From Bacillota bacterium (GTDB lineage Bacteria; Bacillota; Clostridia; Christensenellales; CAG-138): 64,000 bases of DNA. Below, piece by piece: positions 25,396-35,411 of this stretch. The stretch's first letter is position 1. Each line of letters begins with the position of its first letter. The notes under the pieces are model-generated. The model worked only from the letters and a program-made list of their open reading frames with translations. It ran no database searches and was not told the origin of the DNA. Where the stretch lies: positions 106,704 through 170,703 of the forward strand of contig JAEWYO010000060.1 of the NCBI GenBank assembly GCA_023395595.1, read 5' to 3'. The translations under genes and the position numbers were made by a program.

Positions 25396-25398
25396 CAT

Positions 25399-25974
25399 AT
25401 GAGACATTTGCCGAACATTCTATCAGGAATACGGCTCGCTCTCGTTGGTGTGTTTGTGATGCTTTTCAGGGCAGGCAGGTATTTGCCTGCCCTCTGCGTA
25501 TTCGTGTTTGCTTTTTTTACCGACTTACTGGACGGCTACCTCGCCCGCTCGAACGGCTGGGTGACCGATGTCGGAAAACTGTTGGACCCGCTCGCGGATA
25601 AGTTCATGACGCTGGCGGCGCTGGTCTGTATCTATCTGGGTAAAAACAAGCCGATCTACCTCGTGCTGTTCCTGCTGATGGCGATCAAGGAGCTGCTGAT
25701 GGTCATCGGCGGTGTGTTCCTTGCCAAGCGCAAGGTGGTTGTGATGGCGGCTTGGCCGGGGAAGATTGCAACCGGGCTGTTTGCGCTCGGAGTTATGCTC
25801 TCGCTGCTGTCGTTTCTTTCGGTGCATGTGGAGCCCCTCAACCTTGTCGTACTCGGGCTTGCAACACTGATGTCCTATTTCGCGCTGGTCTATTATGCGG
25901 CAACGCAATTGCCGCACGCCTTCCCTAAAAAGGCGAAAGACGGGAACGGCACGGACAAAAACGCGCAAGCATGA
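25399..25974 (+). CDS. pgsA: CDP-diacylglycerol--glycerol-3-phosphate 3-phosphatidyltransferase (CDP-alcohol phosphatidyltransferase family)
   Basis: DLLDGYLARSNGWVTDVGKLLDPLADK equals the D-x2-DG-x2-AR...G-x3-D-x3-D motif. Confidence 0.85.
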   Translation: MRHLPNILSGIRLALVGVFVMLFRAGRYLPALCVFVFAFFTDLLDGYLARSNGWVTDVGKLLDPLADKFMTLAALVCIYLGKNKPIYLVLFLLMAIKELLMVIGGVFLAKRKVVVMAAWPGKIATGLFALGVMLSLLSFLSVHVEPLNLVVLGLATLMSYFALVYYAATQLPHAFPKKAKDGNGTDKNAQA

Positions 25975-26006
25975 GCCGTGAATGCGGCGTAAATTGCTGA
26001 AAAAGC

Positions 26007-26035
26007 TTGCAAAAGCGGAGAAAGACTGTTATACT
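26007..26035 (+). promoter_or_regulatory. Candidate promoter of the rimP-nusA-infB operon (TTGCAA-17-TATACT)
   Basis: TTGCAA aagcggagaaagactgt TATACT. Confidence 0.5.
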
Positions 26036-26066
26036 TTCATCTGTTGGATGATTGAACTTTTAGCGG

Positions 26067-26095
26067 AGAGTGGGCAAAACCCACTCTTTCGTTTT
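26067..26095 (+). terminator. Leader-region intrinsic terminator/attenuator upstream of rimP
   Basis: AGAGTGGG-caaaa-CCCACTCT followed by TTCGTTTT, ~30 nt downstream of the promoter and 110 nt before the rimP start. Confidence 0.55.
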
Positions 26096-26205
26096 GAAGG
26101 GTGCTTTTTTTCGCACCTGTTGACGGAACCCATCGATTGATTTTGCGGATATCAACACATTGCGTGAAGACAAATCGACTCGGCTGCCAATTTGGAGGAA
26201 GATAC

Positions 26206-26658
26206 TTGAACACAGCACAAAAGGTGGAACAACTGCTCAAGCAGCCCGTCGCGGAGCTTGGCTATGAGCTATGCGATGTAGAATTTATCAAAGAATACGG
26301 AGACTGGGTGCTCACGCTGTATATCGACAAAGAAGGCGGCGTGAACATTGACGACTGTGAGCGCGTGAGCCGCGCGGTCGATCCCTTACTGGACGAAGCT
26401 GACCCCATCGAGCAGGCTTATATGCTCTCCGTCTCGTCTCTTGGTCTGGATCGCCCGCTCAAAAAAGACGCAGACTTTGCGCGCAACATCGGCAAGCGCA
26501 TCGAGATCAAGCTATTTGCGCCAAAGAACGGCAAAAAAGAGTTCACGGGTGAACTGATCAGCTTTGACGAGAACAATATCGTCGTGAAGCTTGAATCCGG
26601 CGAACTCGCGCTGGAGCGAAAAGCGCTTGCGTTGGCGCGGCCTGAATTGGTTTTCTAA
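26206..26658 (+). CDS. rimP: Ribosome maturation factor RimP
   Basis: TTG start with GGAGGA 6 nt upstream. VEQLLKQPVAELGYELCDVEFIKEYGDWVLTLYID is typical RimP. The track start at 26101 is an extension. Confidence 0.85.
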   Translation: MNTAQKVEQLLKQPVAELGYELCDVEFIKEYGDWVLTLYIDKEGGVNIDDCERVSRAVDPLLDEADPIEQAYMLSVSSLGLDRPLKKDADFARNIGKRIEIKLFAPKNGKKEFTGELISFDENNIVVKLESGELALERKALALARPELVF

Positions 26659-26777
26659 GTCAATTTGCGGGAGGATTCCCGCCGGAAACATAGATTCACC
26701 AGTGACAAACGTTTTTTTAATGAAGTTTTTTTGAAGGATTTTGAAAACACGGGATTATTTGTAAGGAGTACGATAGG

Positions 26778-27863
26778 ATGAACACAGAGTTTGTCGAAGC
26801 ATTGAGCGCGCTGGAGAAAGAACGCGGCATCAGCAAGGATGTCCTGATTCTCGCCATCGAAGCGGCGCTTACCTCGGCCTATAAGCGCAACTACGGCGCA
26901 AACGCGAACGTCCGCGCGCAGATTGACCCGCGCAACGGTGATTTTCGCATCTATGCCTCCAAGACGGTCGTCGAGGAGGTTGAAAACCCCATCAACGAGA
27001 TTTCGCTTGCGGATGCAAAGCACGTCAACGTGCTTTACGAAGTGGGTGATGTGCTCGAAGAAGAGGTCAAGGCGAAGGAGTTTTCGCGTATTGCGGCGCA
27101 GACCGCCAAGCAGGTCGTCGTGCAGCGCATCCGTGAAGCGGAGCGCGGCGTGATCTACGAGGAGTATGTGGAAAAAGAGAACGAAGTGCTCACCGCAATC
27201 GTGCAGCGTGTGGAAAAGGGCAACGTCTATGTCGAGCTCGGCAAGACGGACGGCATCCTGACCCCGAACGAGATGATTCCCGGCGAGACCTATGAGAACA
27301 ACGATCGCATCAAGGTCTATGTGCTAGAAGTACGCAAGGACAGCAAAGGCCCACAGGTTCTCGTCAGCCGTACGCATCCGGGGCTCGTCAAGCGGCTCTT
27401 TGAACTGGAAGTGCCGGAGATTCAGACCGGTGTGGTGCAGATCAAGTCCATCGCACGCGAGGCGGGCTTCCGCACCAAGGTCGCTGTGCACTCCACGGAT
27501 ATGCAGGTGGATGCGGTTGGCGCATGCGTCGGCCAGCGCGGGGCACGTGTGGAGCGCATCGTGGGCGAACTGCACAATGAAAAGATCGACATCATCGAGT
27601 GGGATTCCGACTCGGCTGTTTATATCGCCAAGGCACTCAGCCCCGCAAAGGTGCTGATGGTCTACATCAACGAAGAAGAGAAAGCGGCAAAGGTCATCGT
27701 GCCGGACACCCAGCTTTCGCTTGCTATCGGCAAAGAAGGGCAGAACGCCCGCCTTGCCGCGAAGCTGACCGGCTGGAAGATCGACATCAAGAGCCAGTCT
27801 CAGGCGGAGGAGGCCATGGACGCCTTCTATCGCGAAGACGAAGAGAGCGAAAGCGAGGCGTAA
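26778..27863 (+). CDS. nusA: Transcription termination/antitermination factor NusA
   Basis: [31 protein letters not shown]..., with S1 and two KH domains. Confidence 0.95.
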   Translation: MNTEFVEALSALEKERGISKDVLILAIEAALTSAYKRNYGANANVRAQIDPRNGDFRIYASKTVVEEVENPINEISLADAKHVNVLYEVGDVLEEEVKAKEFSRIAAQTAKQVVVQRIREAERGVIYEEYVEKENEVLTAIVQRVEKGNVYVELGKTDGILTPNEMIPGETYENNDRIKVYVLEVRKDSKGPQVLVSRTHPGLVKRLFELEVPEIQTGVVQIKSIAREAGFRTKVAVHSTDMQVDAVGACVGQRGARVERIVGELHNEKIDIIEWDSDSAVYIAKALSPAKVLMVYINEEEKAAKVIVPDTQLSLAIGKEGQNARLAAKLTGWKIDIKSQSQAEEAMDAFYREDEESESEA

Positions 27864-27866
27864 CGC

Positions 27867-28148
27867 TTGGCGAAGAAAATTCCGATGCGGATGTGCGTCT
27901 CCTGCCGGGAGATGCTGCCCAAGAAGGAGCTCGTGCGCATCGTGCGCACACCGGAGGGCGCAGTCGTGCTGGACACGACGGGACGCGCCAACGGCAGAGG
28001 GGCTTATCTTTGCAAGAAGAGTGCCTGTCTGGAAAAGGCGATCAAGTCCCATGCGCTGGAACGCGCACTGGAGGCCAAGATCGACAACGAAACCTACGAC
28101 ACACTGCGCGCGCAGTTTGCAAACTACAATGAACAGCAAGCTCAATAG
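27867..28148 (+). CDS. ylxR: YlxR/RnpM (DUF448) RNA-binding protein
   Basis: KIPMRMCVSCREMLPKKELVRIV...GRGAYLC signature. Conserved position after nusA. Confidence 0.85.
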   Translation: MAKKIPMRMCVSCREMLPKKELVRIVRTPEGAVVLDTTGRANGRGAYLCKKSACLEKAIKSHALERALEAKIDNETYDTLRAQFANYNEQQAQ

Positions 28149-28437
28149 CGCAATCGGGTTCGCGATGAAGGCAGGGCGGCTCAAGTCTGGTGATTATGTC
28201 ACCGAAAAGCTGATTCGTGCAAAGGGAGCAAAGATCGCGCTCATCGACACGACCGCTTCCGACAACACCAAGGACAAATACCGCGACATGTGCACGTACA
28301 ACAGCACCGAGCTGGTCGAAGTAGAAGCGCTTGGCCGCTGGATCGGAAAACCCGGCCGCATGGTCGCCGCCGTCACGGACGAGGCGTTTGCGCAGATGAT
28401 CCGGCGTGCGCTCACACAGGAAACGACGCAACCATAA
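28129..28437 (+). CDS. ylxQ: L7Ae-family ribosome-associated protein YlxQ
   Basis: MNSKLNSAIGFAMKAGRLKSGDYVTEKLIRAKGAKIALI. Conserved position before infB. Overlaps ylxR by 20 nt. Confidence 0.8.
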   Translation: MNSKLNSAIGFAMKAGRLKSGDYVTEKLIRAKGAKIALIDTTASDNTKDKYRDMCTYNSTELVEVEALGRWIGKPGRMVAAVTDEAFAQMIRRALTQETTQP

Positions 28438-28540
28438 CGCAGGCGAGCCAATCGCTATGCATCAAACATCCAAATAAGACAATCGCGCATCCGTAAATTT
28501 TACAGTGCGGACTGCGAAAAACGCGGGGGTAACGACGTAA

Positions 28541-31510
28541 ATGGCAAAAAACAATTTTCTCGAATCGGCAAACGGAATTCAGAAGACGACAAAAGACCTT
28601 CTGGAGAGGCTGTCGCTGACGCAGAGCTCCGTTGGAGAGCTGCTTGTTTCAGTGCGCCATTCCGAGAGCGAGCTACTTGACAAGGAGGAGCAGAAGCGCA
28701 AAGCGCGCGAAGAGCGCGAGCGCATGGAGCGCCTGCGCGATTTGCTCGATTCCGATCAGGATCACGCCGCACATGCCGGAGGACGAGACGACGACGAGCT
28801 GCCGCAGCCGAAGCCTGCCGCAAAAGCGGAAGCACCCGCCAAGCAGGAGACTGCCGCGGAGGCACCCGTTGCCGAAACGCCCGCGGAGAAGCCGGCGGCG
28901 AAACCCGCGCAGGAAAAACCCGCTGCGGAAGCAGCTGCGGAGCAACCCGCAAGAGAAGCCACGCCCGCAGCCGAGCAGCCAAAGCCCGCACAGCCGGAGA
29001 CAGCCGCCCAGCCCGCGCCAGAAGCGCCGAAAAAGCCCGCAAACAGCGGGTATGAAGCGCATGCCATCGTGCAGGACGACCGCCGTCGCCCGCAACAGGG
29101 TAACGGGTATCAACCCCAGCAGGGTAACGGCTATCAGCCGCGTCCGCAGCAAGGCAACGGTTATCAGCCCCAGCAGGGTAACGGTTATCAGCCGCGTCCG
29201 CAGCAAGGCAATGGCTATCAACCCCAGCAGGGTAACGGTTATCAGCCCCGTCCGCAGCAGGGCAATGGTTATCAGCCGCGCCCGCAAACGGGCAACGGTT
29301 ATCAGCCGCAGCAGGGCAACGGCTATACGCCGCGTCCGCAGGGAGGCAACTACCCGCCGCGTCAGGACGGCTACCAACCGCGCCCGCAGCAAGGCGGCGG
29401 TTACCAGCAGCGTCCGCAGGGCGGCTACCCGCCGCGCCCGCAGCAGGGCGGAACAGGCCCGCGTCCGGGCGGACAACCCGGCGGTTTTGCGCCGCGCGGA
29501 CCGCGTCCGGCAGGAGCAGGCGCAGCGCCCGCACCTGCAGCAGGCGGCAAAGAGCGCGTAAGCAACTATGATCCGAACAAGAGCGCCTATGCCCGCTCCA
29601 AAGAGGCGGACAAAAAGGCGAAAAATAAGAAGGCAATGTCCCGCGAGGCAGCGCCGAGCGCGGCCAACTGGGACGATGACTCCACGGGCAACCGCAAGCT
29701 CAGACGCGGGCAAAAGCAACCCATGCGGCGGCCCGAACCCGTCGTGATTGAAAAGGCGGTGATCACCACGGAGACCATAACAGTTAAAGATCTTTCCGAA
29801 AAAATCGGCAAACCCGCATCGGAAATCATCAAAAAGCTCTTCCTGCTCGGTATGCCGACGACGATCAATCAGGAGATCGATTTTGACACCTGTGAACTCG
29901 TTGCATCCGATTTTGGGATCGAACTGGAACTGAAAGTCGCAAAGACGTTTGAAGAAGTGCTGACCGATAGCGCTTCCGCCGATACGGATGCGGAAGACCA
30001 GCTCGTGACGCGTCCGCCGGTCGTGACCATCATGGGCCACGTTGACCACGGCAAGACTTCACTGCTGGACGCGATTCGCAACAGCTCGGTTACAGAAGGC
30101 GAAGCGGGCGGCATCACGCAGCACATCGGCGCATATACCGTCTGCTGCAACAGCAAGCAGATTACGTTCATCGATACACCGGGCCACGAGGCATTTACCT
30201 CCATGCGTGCCCGCGGCGCGCAGGTGACGGATATCGTCATCCTCGTCGTTGCAGCAGACGACGGCATCATGCCGCAGACCATTGAGGCGATCAACCACGC
30301 CAAAGCTGCGGGTGTTCCGATCATCGTTGCCGTCAACAAGATGGACAAGCCCGACGCAAACCCCGACCGCGTGAAGCAACAGCTCACCGAATACGAGCTC
30401 GTTTCCGAGGAGTGGGGCGGACAGACGATCATCGTTCCCGTCTCCGCCAAGAAGCAGACTGGTCTGGATACCCTTCTGGAGATGGTTCTCCTGCAGGCGG
30501 ACGTTCTGGAGCTCAAAGCAAACCCGAACCGTCTTGCCAAGGGTACGATCATCGAAGCAAAGCTCGACAAAGGCCGCGGTCCGCTGGCAACCGTGCTCGT
30601 GCAAAACGGTACGCTGCGCAGAGGCGACACGATCGTTGCGGGTACCGCATACGGCAAAGTACGCGCAATGACGGACGACAAGGGCAACAATGTCAACGAA
30701 GCAGGCCCGTCCACGCCGGTCGAGGTGCTTGGCTTTAGCGAAGTGCCGGATGCGGGCGACATCCTGAACGTTGCGGAAGTGGATAAGCTTTCGCGCCAGG
30801 TTGTTGAAGAGCGCCGCGACAAGATCAAAGCCGCGCAGCTCAAGAGCAAGAGCAAGGTGTCTTTGGACGATCTGTTCACCCAGATGGCGGCAGACGAGCT
30901 CAAAGACCTCAACATCATCGTCAAAGCGGACGTGCAGGGTTCGGTCGAGGCCGTTAAGCAGGCGCTCGAAAAACTCAGCAATGAAGAAGTCCGCGTGCGT
31001 TGCATCCATGGCGGCGTCGGCGCGATCACGGGCACGGATATCATGTTCGCTTCCGCTTCCAACGCCATCGTCATCGGCTTCAACGTGCGTCCGGATACGA
31101 GCGCGCGCGCCATGGCGGAGAAAGAGAACGTGGATGTACGCCTCTATCGCGTCATCTACAACGCGATTGACGACGTGAAAGCCGCCATGCGCGGCATGTT
31201 CAAGCCGGTCTTCAAAGAAGTCGAGCTTGGACGCGCAACTGTCCGCGAAACCTTCAAGGTCACGGGCGTTGGCACCATCGCAGGTGCATATGTCAACGAT
31301 GGAAAGATCACCAGAAGCGCGCAGGTACGCGTAGTTCGCGACAGCGTTGTGATTCATGAAGGCAAGATCAGCTCACTCAAGCGCTTCAAGGACGACGCAA
31401 AGGAAGTTCTCACGAGCTTCGAATGCGGCATCGGCATCGACGGCTTCAACGATCTGCAGGAAGGCGACGTCATCGAAGCCTTCGTGATGGAAGAAGTCAA
31501 GCGTACCTAA
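28541..31510 (+). CDS. infB: Translation initiation factor IF-2 with long low-complexity N-terminal region
   Basis: G domain [12 protein letters not shown] / DTPGHEAF / NKMDK. 989 aa. Confidence 0.95.
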   Translation: MAKNNFLESANGIQKTTKDLLERLSLTQSSVGELLVSVRHSESELLDKEEQKRKAREERERMERLRDLLDSDQDHAAHAGGRDDDELPQPKPAAKAEAPAKQETAAEAPVAETPAEKPAAKPAQEKPAAEAAAEQPAREATPAAEQPKPAQPETAAQPAPEAPKKPANSGYEAHAIVQDDRRRPQQGNGYQPQQGNGYQPRPQQGNGYQPQQGNGYQPRPQQGNGYQPQQGNGYQPRPQQGNGYQPRPQTGNGYQPQQGNGYTPRPQGGNYPPRQDGYQPRPQQGGGYQQRPQGGYPPRPQQGGTGPRPGGQPGGFAPRGPRPAGAGAAPAPAAGGKERVSNYDPNKSAYARSKEADKKAKNKKAMSREAAPSAANWDDDSTGNRKLRRGQKQPMRRPEPVVIEKAVITTETITVKDLSEKIGKPASEIIKKLFLLGMPTTINQEIDFDTCELVASDFGIELELKVAKTFEEVLTDSASADTDAEDQLVTRPPVVTIMGHVDHGKTSLLDAIRNSSVTEGEAGGITQHIGAYTVCCNSKQITFIDTPGHEAFTSMRARGAQVTDIVILVVAADDGIMPQTIEAINHAKAAGVPIIVAVNKMDKPDANPDRVKQQLTEYELVSEEWGGQTIIVPVSAKKQTGLDTLLEMVLLQADVLELKANPNRLAKGTIIEAKLDKGRGPLATVLVQNGTLRRGDTIVAGTAYGKVRAMTDDKGNNVNEAGPSTPVEVLGFSEVPDAGDILNVAEVDKLSRQVVEERRDKIKAAQLKSKSKVSLDDLFTQMAADELKDLNIIVKADVQGSVEAVKQALEKLSNEEVRVRCIHGGVGAITGTDIMFASASNAIVIGFNVRPDTSARAMAEKENVDVRLYRVIYNAIDDVKAAMRGMFKPVFKEVELGRATVRETFKVTGVGTIAGAYVNDGKITRSAQVRVVRDSVVIHEGKISSLKRFKDDAKEVLTSFECGIGIDGFNDLQEGDVIEAFVMEEVKRT
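29093..29340 (+). repeat. In-frame tandem repeat array inside infB (24/30-nt units, 54-nt super-unit) encoding 9 x (QQGNGYQP / [10 protein letters not shown])
   Basis: Units such as cagcagggtaacggttatcagcc(ccag|gcgtccg) recur with near-identical nucleotides. Degenerate copies continue to ~29455. Confidence 0.9.
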
Positions 31511-31567
31511 TGTAATCGACAACGCCGATTTCGGCCGCCAGGCGCGGGCCGGGCGGAGGAGGGCAAT

Positions 31568-31975
31568 ATGGCAACGTTTCGCGCAGACCGCAGGAACGAA
31601 GAAGTTAAAAAGACGATCAGCGAAGTTATCCGCGAGATGAAAGACCCCAGAATCTCGCCGATGACCGCGCTGACCGAGGTTGAGGTCACCAAGGACCTCA
31701 AGTTTGCAAAGGTGAAGGTCTCCGTCTACGACGACGATGAGAAGAAGCGGATTTCGAGTGTGGAAGCGCTCAACCACGCCGCAGGCTTCATCTCGCACGA
31801 GCTTGGTATGCGTATGCGCATCCGCGCCGTGCCGAGCATCAAGTTTACGCTCGACAACACAATCGCTTACAGCGTCCGGATTTCGGAGATTCTCAACGAG
31901 TTGCACAAAACCGACGCAAACGCGCAAAATAGCGCGGATGAAACCGAACAGAAACAGGAAAACGGAGAGGAGTAA
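31568..31975 (+). CDS. rbfA: Ribosome-binding factor A
   Basis: RADRRNEEVKKTISEVIREMKDPRI... Conserved position after infB. Confidence 0.9.
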   Translation: MATFRADRRNEEVKKTISEVIREMKDPRISPMTALTEVEVTKDLKFAKVKVSVYDDDEKKRISSVEALNHAAGFISHELGMRMRIRAVPSIKFTLDNTIAYSVRISEILNELHKTDANAQNSADETEQKQENGEE

Positions 31976-31980
31976 CCGGC

Positions 31981-32943
31981 ATGTTGCAGGACGCCGTCCG
32001 CTTTCTACGGACGCATGATGATATTCTGCTGATTGCGCATGTCTCTCCGGATGGCGACACGCTTGGCAGTAGCTTTGCGCTCTACGGGGCGCTGCTGGAG
32101 CTGGGCAAACACGCGCAGGTGGTCTGTGAAGACCCCGTCCCGGCGATTTACCGCTTTCTTCCGTTTTCGGATCAGCTAATACCGCCCGAGCAGGCACGCC
32201 CTGCCGAGGCGGTTGTTTGTGTGGATTGCGCCGATCTAGGGCGCACCGGGCGCTGCGCCCCGCTCTTTCAAGCCGCAAGCGCGACGCTGAACATCGACCA
32301 CCACGGCACCAACGACCGCTACGCCACCACAAACTATGTGCAAAAAGCGGGCGCAACGGGCGAATTGATCTTCAATGTGATCGCTTGCCTGAAGGTGACG
32401 CTCAACAAAAATATCGCGAGTTGCCTGTATGCTGCGATTACAACCGACACGGGCAACTTCTCCTACAGCAATACCACGCCGGAGACCATGCGCATTGCAG
32501 CGGATATCTTGGACACGGGGATCGACCTGCCGTTTCTCAATCGGCTGCTCTTTCGCACCGTGCCATATCATAAGCTCAAGCTCCACGCGCTTGGCGTAAA
32601 CAAAGCCAAGCTCTATGAGTTCGGCAGAATTGGGATTTCCTATATCACGCTGGAGGACATCGTCTCCTGCGGCGCGACCACCGAGGACACGGAGGGCATC
32701 ATCGACTCCATCCGAGACATCGATACGGTTGAGGTCGCGGCACTCCTGCGCGAAAGCGAGGACGGGCTGGTGCGCGTGAGCCTGCGCGGAAAGACCTGTG
32801 CAGATGTCAGCCAGATTGCAACCAAGCTCGGCGGAGGCGGACACCGCCTCGCCGCGGGATGCACGATGAAACCGCCCATCGAAGAGGCGGCGGAGCAGAT
32901 TTTGACGCTGGCAAAAGAACTCCTTCACGGGATTTGCGAGTGA
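31981..32943 (+). CDS. nrnA: DHH-family phosphoesterase (NrnA-type oligoribonuclease/pAp phosphatase)
   Basis: HVSPDGDTLGS, CVDCAD, NIDHHGTN (DHH motifs), C-terminal GGGH (DHHA1). Confidence 0.85.
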   Translation: MLQDAVRFLRTHDDILLIAHVSPDGDTLGSSFALYGALLELGKHAQVVCEDPVPAIYRFLPFSDQLIPPEQARPAEAVVCVDCADLGRTGRCAPLFQAASATLNIDHHGTNDRYATTNYVQKAGATGELIFNVIACLKVTLNKNIASCLYAAITTDTGNFSYSNTTPETMRIAADILDTGIDLPFLNRLLFRTVPYHKLKLHALGVNKAKLYEFGRIGISYITLEDIVSCGATTEDTEGIIDSIRDIDTVEVAALLRESEDGLVRVSLRGKTCADVSQIATKLGGGGHRLAAGCTMKPPIEEAAEQILTLAKELLHGICE

Positions 32944-32953
32944 TGGCTTGAGT

Positions 32954-33820
32954 ATGGATGGCATCGTTACCGTTCTCAAATCACCCGGCATGACTTCAAG
33001 CAATGTCGTGTTCGATGTTCGAAAGATCTACGGCGAAAAGCACGCGGGGCATCTGGGTACGCTCGATCCCGCCGCTGCAGGCGTATTGCCTGTTTGCCTC
33101 GGAAGAGCGACAAAACTTTTTGACATCCTCGTCGATAAGGACAAGGAGTATGTATTCGAGTGTGCGTTTGGTACGCAGACGGATACACAGGATGCTTACG
33201 GCGCGGTGACCGCGCGGGACGGCAAACGCATCGACAAACGCGAACTGCAAGAGATTCTGCCGGAGTTCGTCGGCGGACAACTGCAGACGGCTTCGATCTA
33301 TTCCGCACTGAAAGTGGACGGCAAGAAGATGTACGATCTTGCCCGCGCGGGAGAGACAGTTGAGCCGAGGGTGCGTGAAATCTGTGTGCACGAGCTGGAA
33401 CTTGTCGAACAGACCGGCGACAACCGGTTTGTGCTGCGCGCGATGTGTTCGCGCGGAACCTATGTGCGCTCGCTCTGCGAAAGCCTTGCCGAGCGGCTGG
33501 GTACGGTTGGATATGTTTCTGTGTTGCTGCGTACCCGTAGCGGACCGTTTACCAGCGAACGTGCGCTGACCATTGCGGAGCTGGACGCGGCAAAGGCGGC
33601 GGGAACGCTCGCAGGCACACTGATCTCCTGTGAGGAAGCGATGGCGTTTTTGCCGGAATTGCGTCTGCCGGCTGACCGTACAGTGCCGACAAAGAACGGG
33701 CTGGAGACGCATTTGCGCGGACACGCGGACGGACTGGTACGCGCATATGGCGCGGACGAATTTCTGGGCATCGGCGAAATTCAGCATGGGCGGTTTCGCC
33801 TGAACATTCATCTCTATTGA
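32954..33820 (+). CDS. truB: tRNA pseudouridine(55) synthase
   Basis: KSPGMTSSNVV...GHLGTLDPAAAGVLPVCLG catalytic motif. An alternative TTG start lies at 32948. Confidence 0.9.
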   Translation: MDGIVTVLKSPGMTSSNVVFDVRKIYGEKHAGHLGTLDPAAAGVLPVCLGRATKLFDILVDKDKEYVFECAFGTQTDTQDAYGAVTARDGKRIDKRELQEILPEFVGGQLQTASIYSALKVDGKKMYDLARAGETVEPRVREICVHELELVEQTGDNRFVLRAMCSRGTYVRSLCESLAERLGTVGYVSVLLRTRSGPFTSERALTIAELDAAKAAGTLAGTLISCEEAMAFLPELRLPADRTVPTKNGLETHLRGHADGLVRAYGADEFLGIGEIQHGRFRLNIHLY

Positions 33821-33879
33821 CAAACTTCGGCATCCGCGCAGGGGATAGCCCCGCGTTGAGCCGTTTTTTTGAGGAAATT

Positions 33880-34767
33880 ATGGCAGTATTAGAACCCGCC
33901 GTCGTCGCGCTTGGCATGTTCGATGGTGTACATCTCGGTCACAGGGCGCTGATTGCCCGCTCGCAGGAAGAAGCGAAGCGGCTGCATGCAATGCCCGTGG
34001 TTTATACATTTTCCAATCATCCGCTGGAGGTGCTCGGTGGCAGCGTAAGGCTGCTCTCCGGCATTCGGGAGCGGAACATGCTGCTGCGTTCGCTCGGCGC
34101 GCAAGAGGTAGAGAGCGTGCCCTTTACACGCGAAATGGCGCATCTGAGTACGGAAGCCTTCATCGACCTGCTTGCGGAGAAATGGGATGTCCGCGGACTT
34201 GTGGTCGGCTACAACTACACCTGTGGGGAGCGCGGAACAGGAACACCGGAAACGCTGCGCGAAATCGGAAAAACGCGTGGGTTTTCCGTCTCGGTGGTCG
34301 AACCTGTTCTGCTGGAAGGGGAACCTGTCTCCAGCACGCGCATCCGCGAGGCGGTGGAACGGGGCGATGTCTCTCTGGCAGAACGGCTGCTCAAACGCCA
34401 CTATACGCTCTCCGGCACGATTGTGCAAAACAAGCGCATTGGCAGGCGTATCGGCTTCCCGACCGCGAATATCGAGGCGGACAGCAAGCGCGCGATTCCG
34501 GCGGATGGCGTGTATGCAACCTATGCTTTCGTCGGCGGTGCAGCGTATCGCGCGGTGACAAACATCGGAACAAATCCAAGCGTGCAGGGCGAAAAGCTCA
34601 CGATTGAAACACATCTGATCGATTTTAACGCGGATATCTACGGCCAGCAGCTAACCATCGCGTTTCGCAAGCGCCTGCGCGGGGAAGCGATGTTTGATTC
34701 GCTGGATGCGCTGAAGGAGCAGATTCGGCAGGATGTGGAGGCGGCATCCGCGCTCAAAGACGCGTAA
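33880..34767 (+). CDS. ribF: Bifunctional riboflavin kinase / FMN adenylyltransferase
   Basis: ALGMFDGVHLGHRALI, GFPTANI. SD GAGGA before the ATG at 33880. Confidence 0.9.
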   Translation: MAVLEPAVVALGMFDGVHLGHRALIARSQEEAKRLHAMPVVYTFSNHPLEVLGGSVRLLSGIRERNMLLRSLGAQEVESVPFTREMAHLSTEAFIDLLAEKWDVRGLVVGYNYTCGERGTGTPETLREIGKTRGFSVSVVEPVLLEGEPVSSTRIREAVERGDVSLAERLLKRHYTLSGTIVQNKRIGRRIGFPTANIEADSKRAIPADGVYATYAFVGGAAYRAVTNIGTNPSVQGEKLTIETHLIDFNADIYGQQLTIAFRKRLRGEAMFDSLDALKEQIRQDVEAASALKDA

Positions 34768-34932
34768 AGTATAGGCGCGGCAAGCGTGACGAGAAAAATA
34801 AAAGCGCGGTTGTTTACAATTTTTAGCGAATATGCTATCCTATAAAAGCATTCAAATGCCGTTTACCGGGATATGCGACACTCCGACGCATTTCTCAGTT
34901 CACGGGAAAGAGAAAAAAGGAGAAAGAAAACC

Positions 34933-35190
34933 ATGACCAAGACAGAAACCATTGAAAAATTCGCACTTCACGAAGGCGACACCGGTTCCCCGGAAGTGCA
35001 GATCGCGCTGCTTACCGAGCGCATCAACCACCTCAACGAGCACCTGAAGCTGCACATGAAGGATCACCACTCGCGCCGCGGTCTGCTCAAAATGGTCGGT
35101 CAGCGTAGAGGCCTTCTGAACTACCTCAAGGAGAAGGACATCGAGCGCTATAGAGCGATCGCTGCAAGCCTGAACATCCGTATCAAGTAA
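34933..35190 (+). CDS. rpsO: 30S ribosomal protein S15
   Basis: [63 protein letters not shown]. Confidence 0.95.
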   Translation: MTKTETIEKFALHEGDTGSPEVQIALLTERINHLNEHLKLHMKDHHSRRGLLKMVGQRRGLLNYLKEKDIERYRAIAASLNIRIK

Positions 35191-35196
35191 AAAGAA

Positions 35197-35226
35197 AAAG
35201 GCGGGGTTGTTCCCGCCTTTCTTTCT
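35197..35226 (+). terminator. Intrinsic terminator after rpsO
   Basis: AAAGGCGGG-gttgtt-CCCGCCTTT followed by CTTTCT. Confidence 0.8.
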
Positions 35227-35411
35227 ATTCTCTTTGACCGAGAATTGTGTATACAGATTTTACCTGCGCGAATAAAAAACCGCACGATAAACGCAAATAA
35301 ATCCGCATTTGTCTGATTTCCATGTATTTTTTGCTCAACAGCGGATTGATTTGCCCCGAAATTGGTTATAATAAAAAGAAGATAAAGAAGAAGAAGGAGC
35401 AAACAAATACT

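Noticed and set aside
23992-25407. 471-aa ORF on the minus strand, exactly antisense to the carboxyltransferase gene
   Set aside because: The plus-strand product has unmistakable 5S carboxyltransferase motifs. The antisense translation is Arg/His/Asp/Val-rich with no recognisable domain, SD or TM pattern. This is the typical stop-free shadow frame of a GC3-rich gene.
29093-29340. Regularly spaced short repeats that could superficially resemble a CRISPR array
   Set aside because: The units are contiguous with no unique spacers, are in frame within infB, and have a 24/30-nt period. No cas genes are present.
28500-30049. Several long ORFs in other frames or on the other strand across the infB 5' region (28500-29636 -, 28673-30049 -, 28632-29561 +, 28762-29067 -)
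   Set aside because: They are a consequence of the stop-free low-complexity repeat DNA of the IF2 N-terminal region. Their translations are repetitive Arg/Ala/Pro strings that mirror the repeat.
34768-34932. Possible S15-binding regulatory leader upstream of rpsO
   Set aside because: I found only a short hairpin (ATGCG-acactccga-CGCAT) and a weak promoter-like TTTACA-17-TATCCT. That is insufficient to call a conserved structure without covariance analysis.
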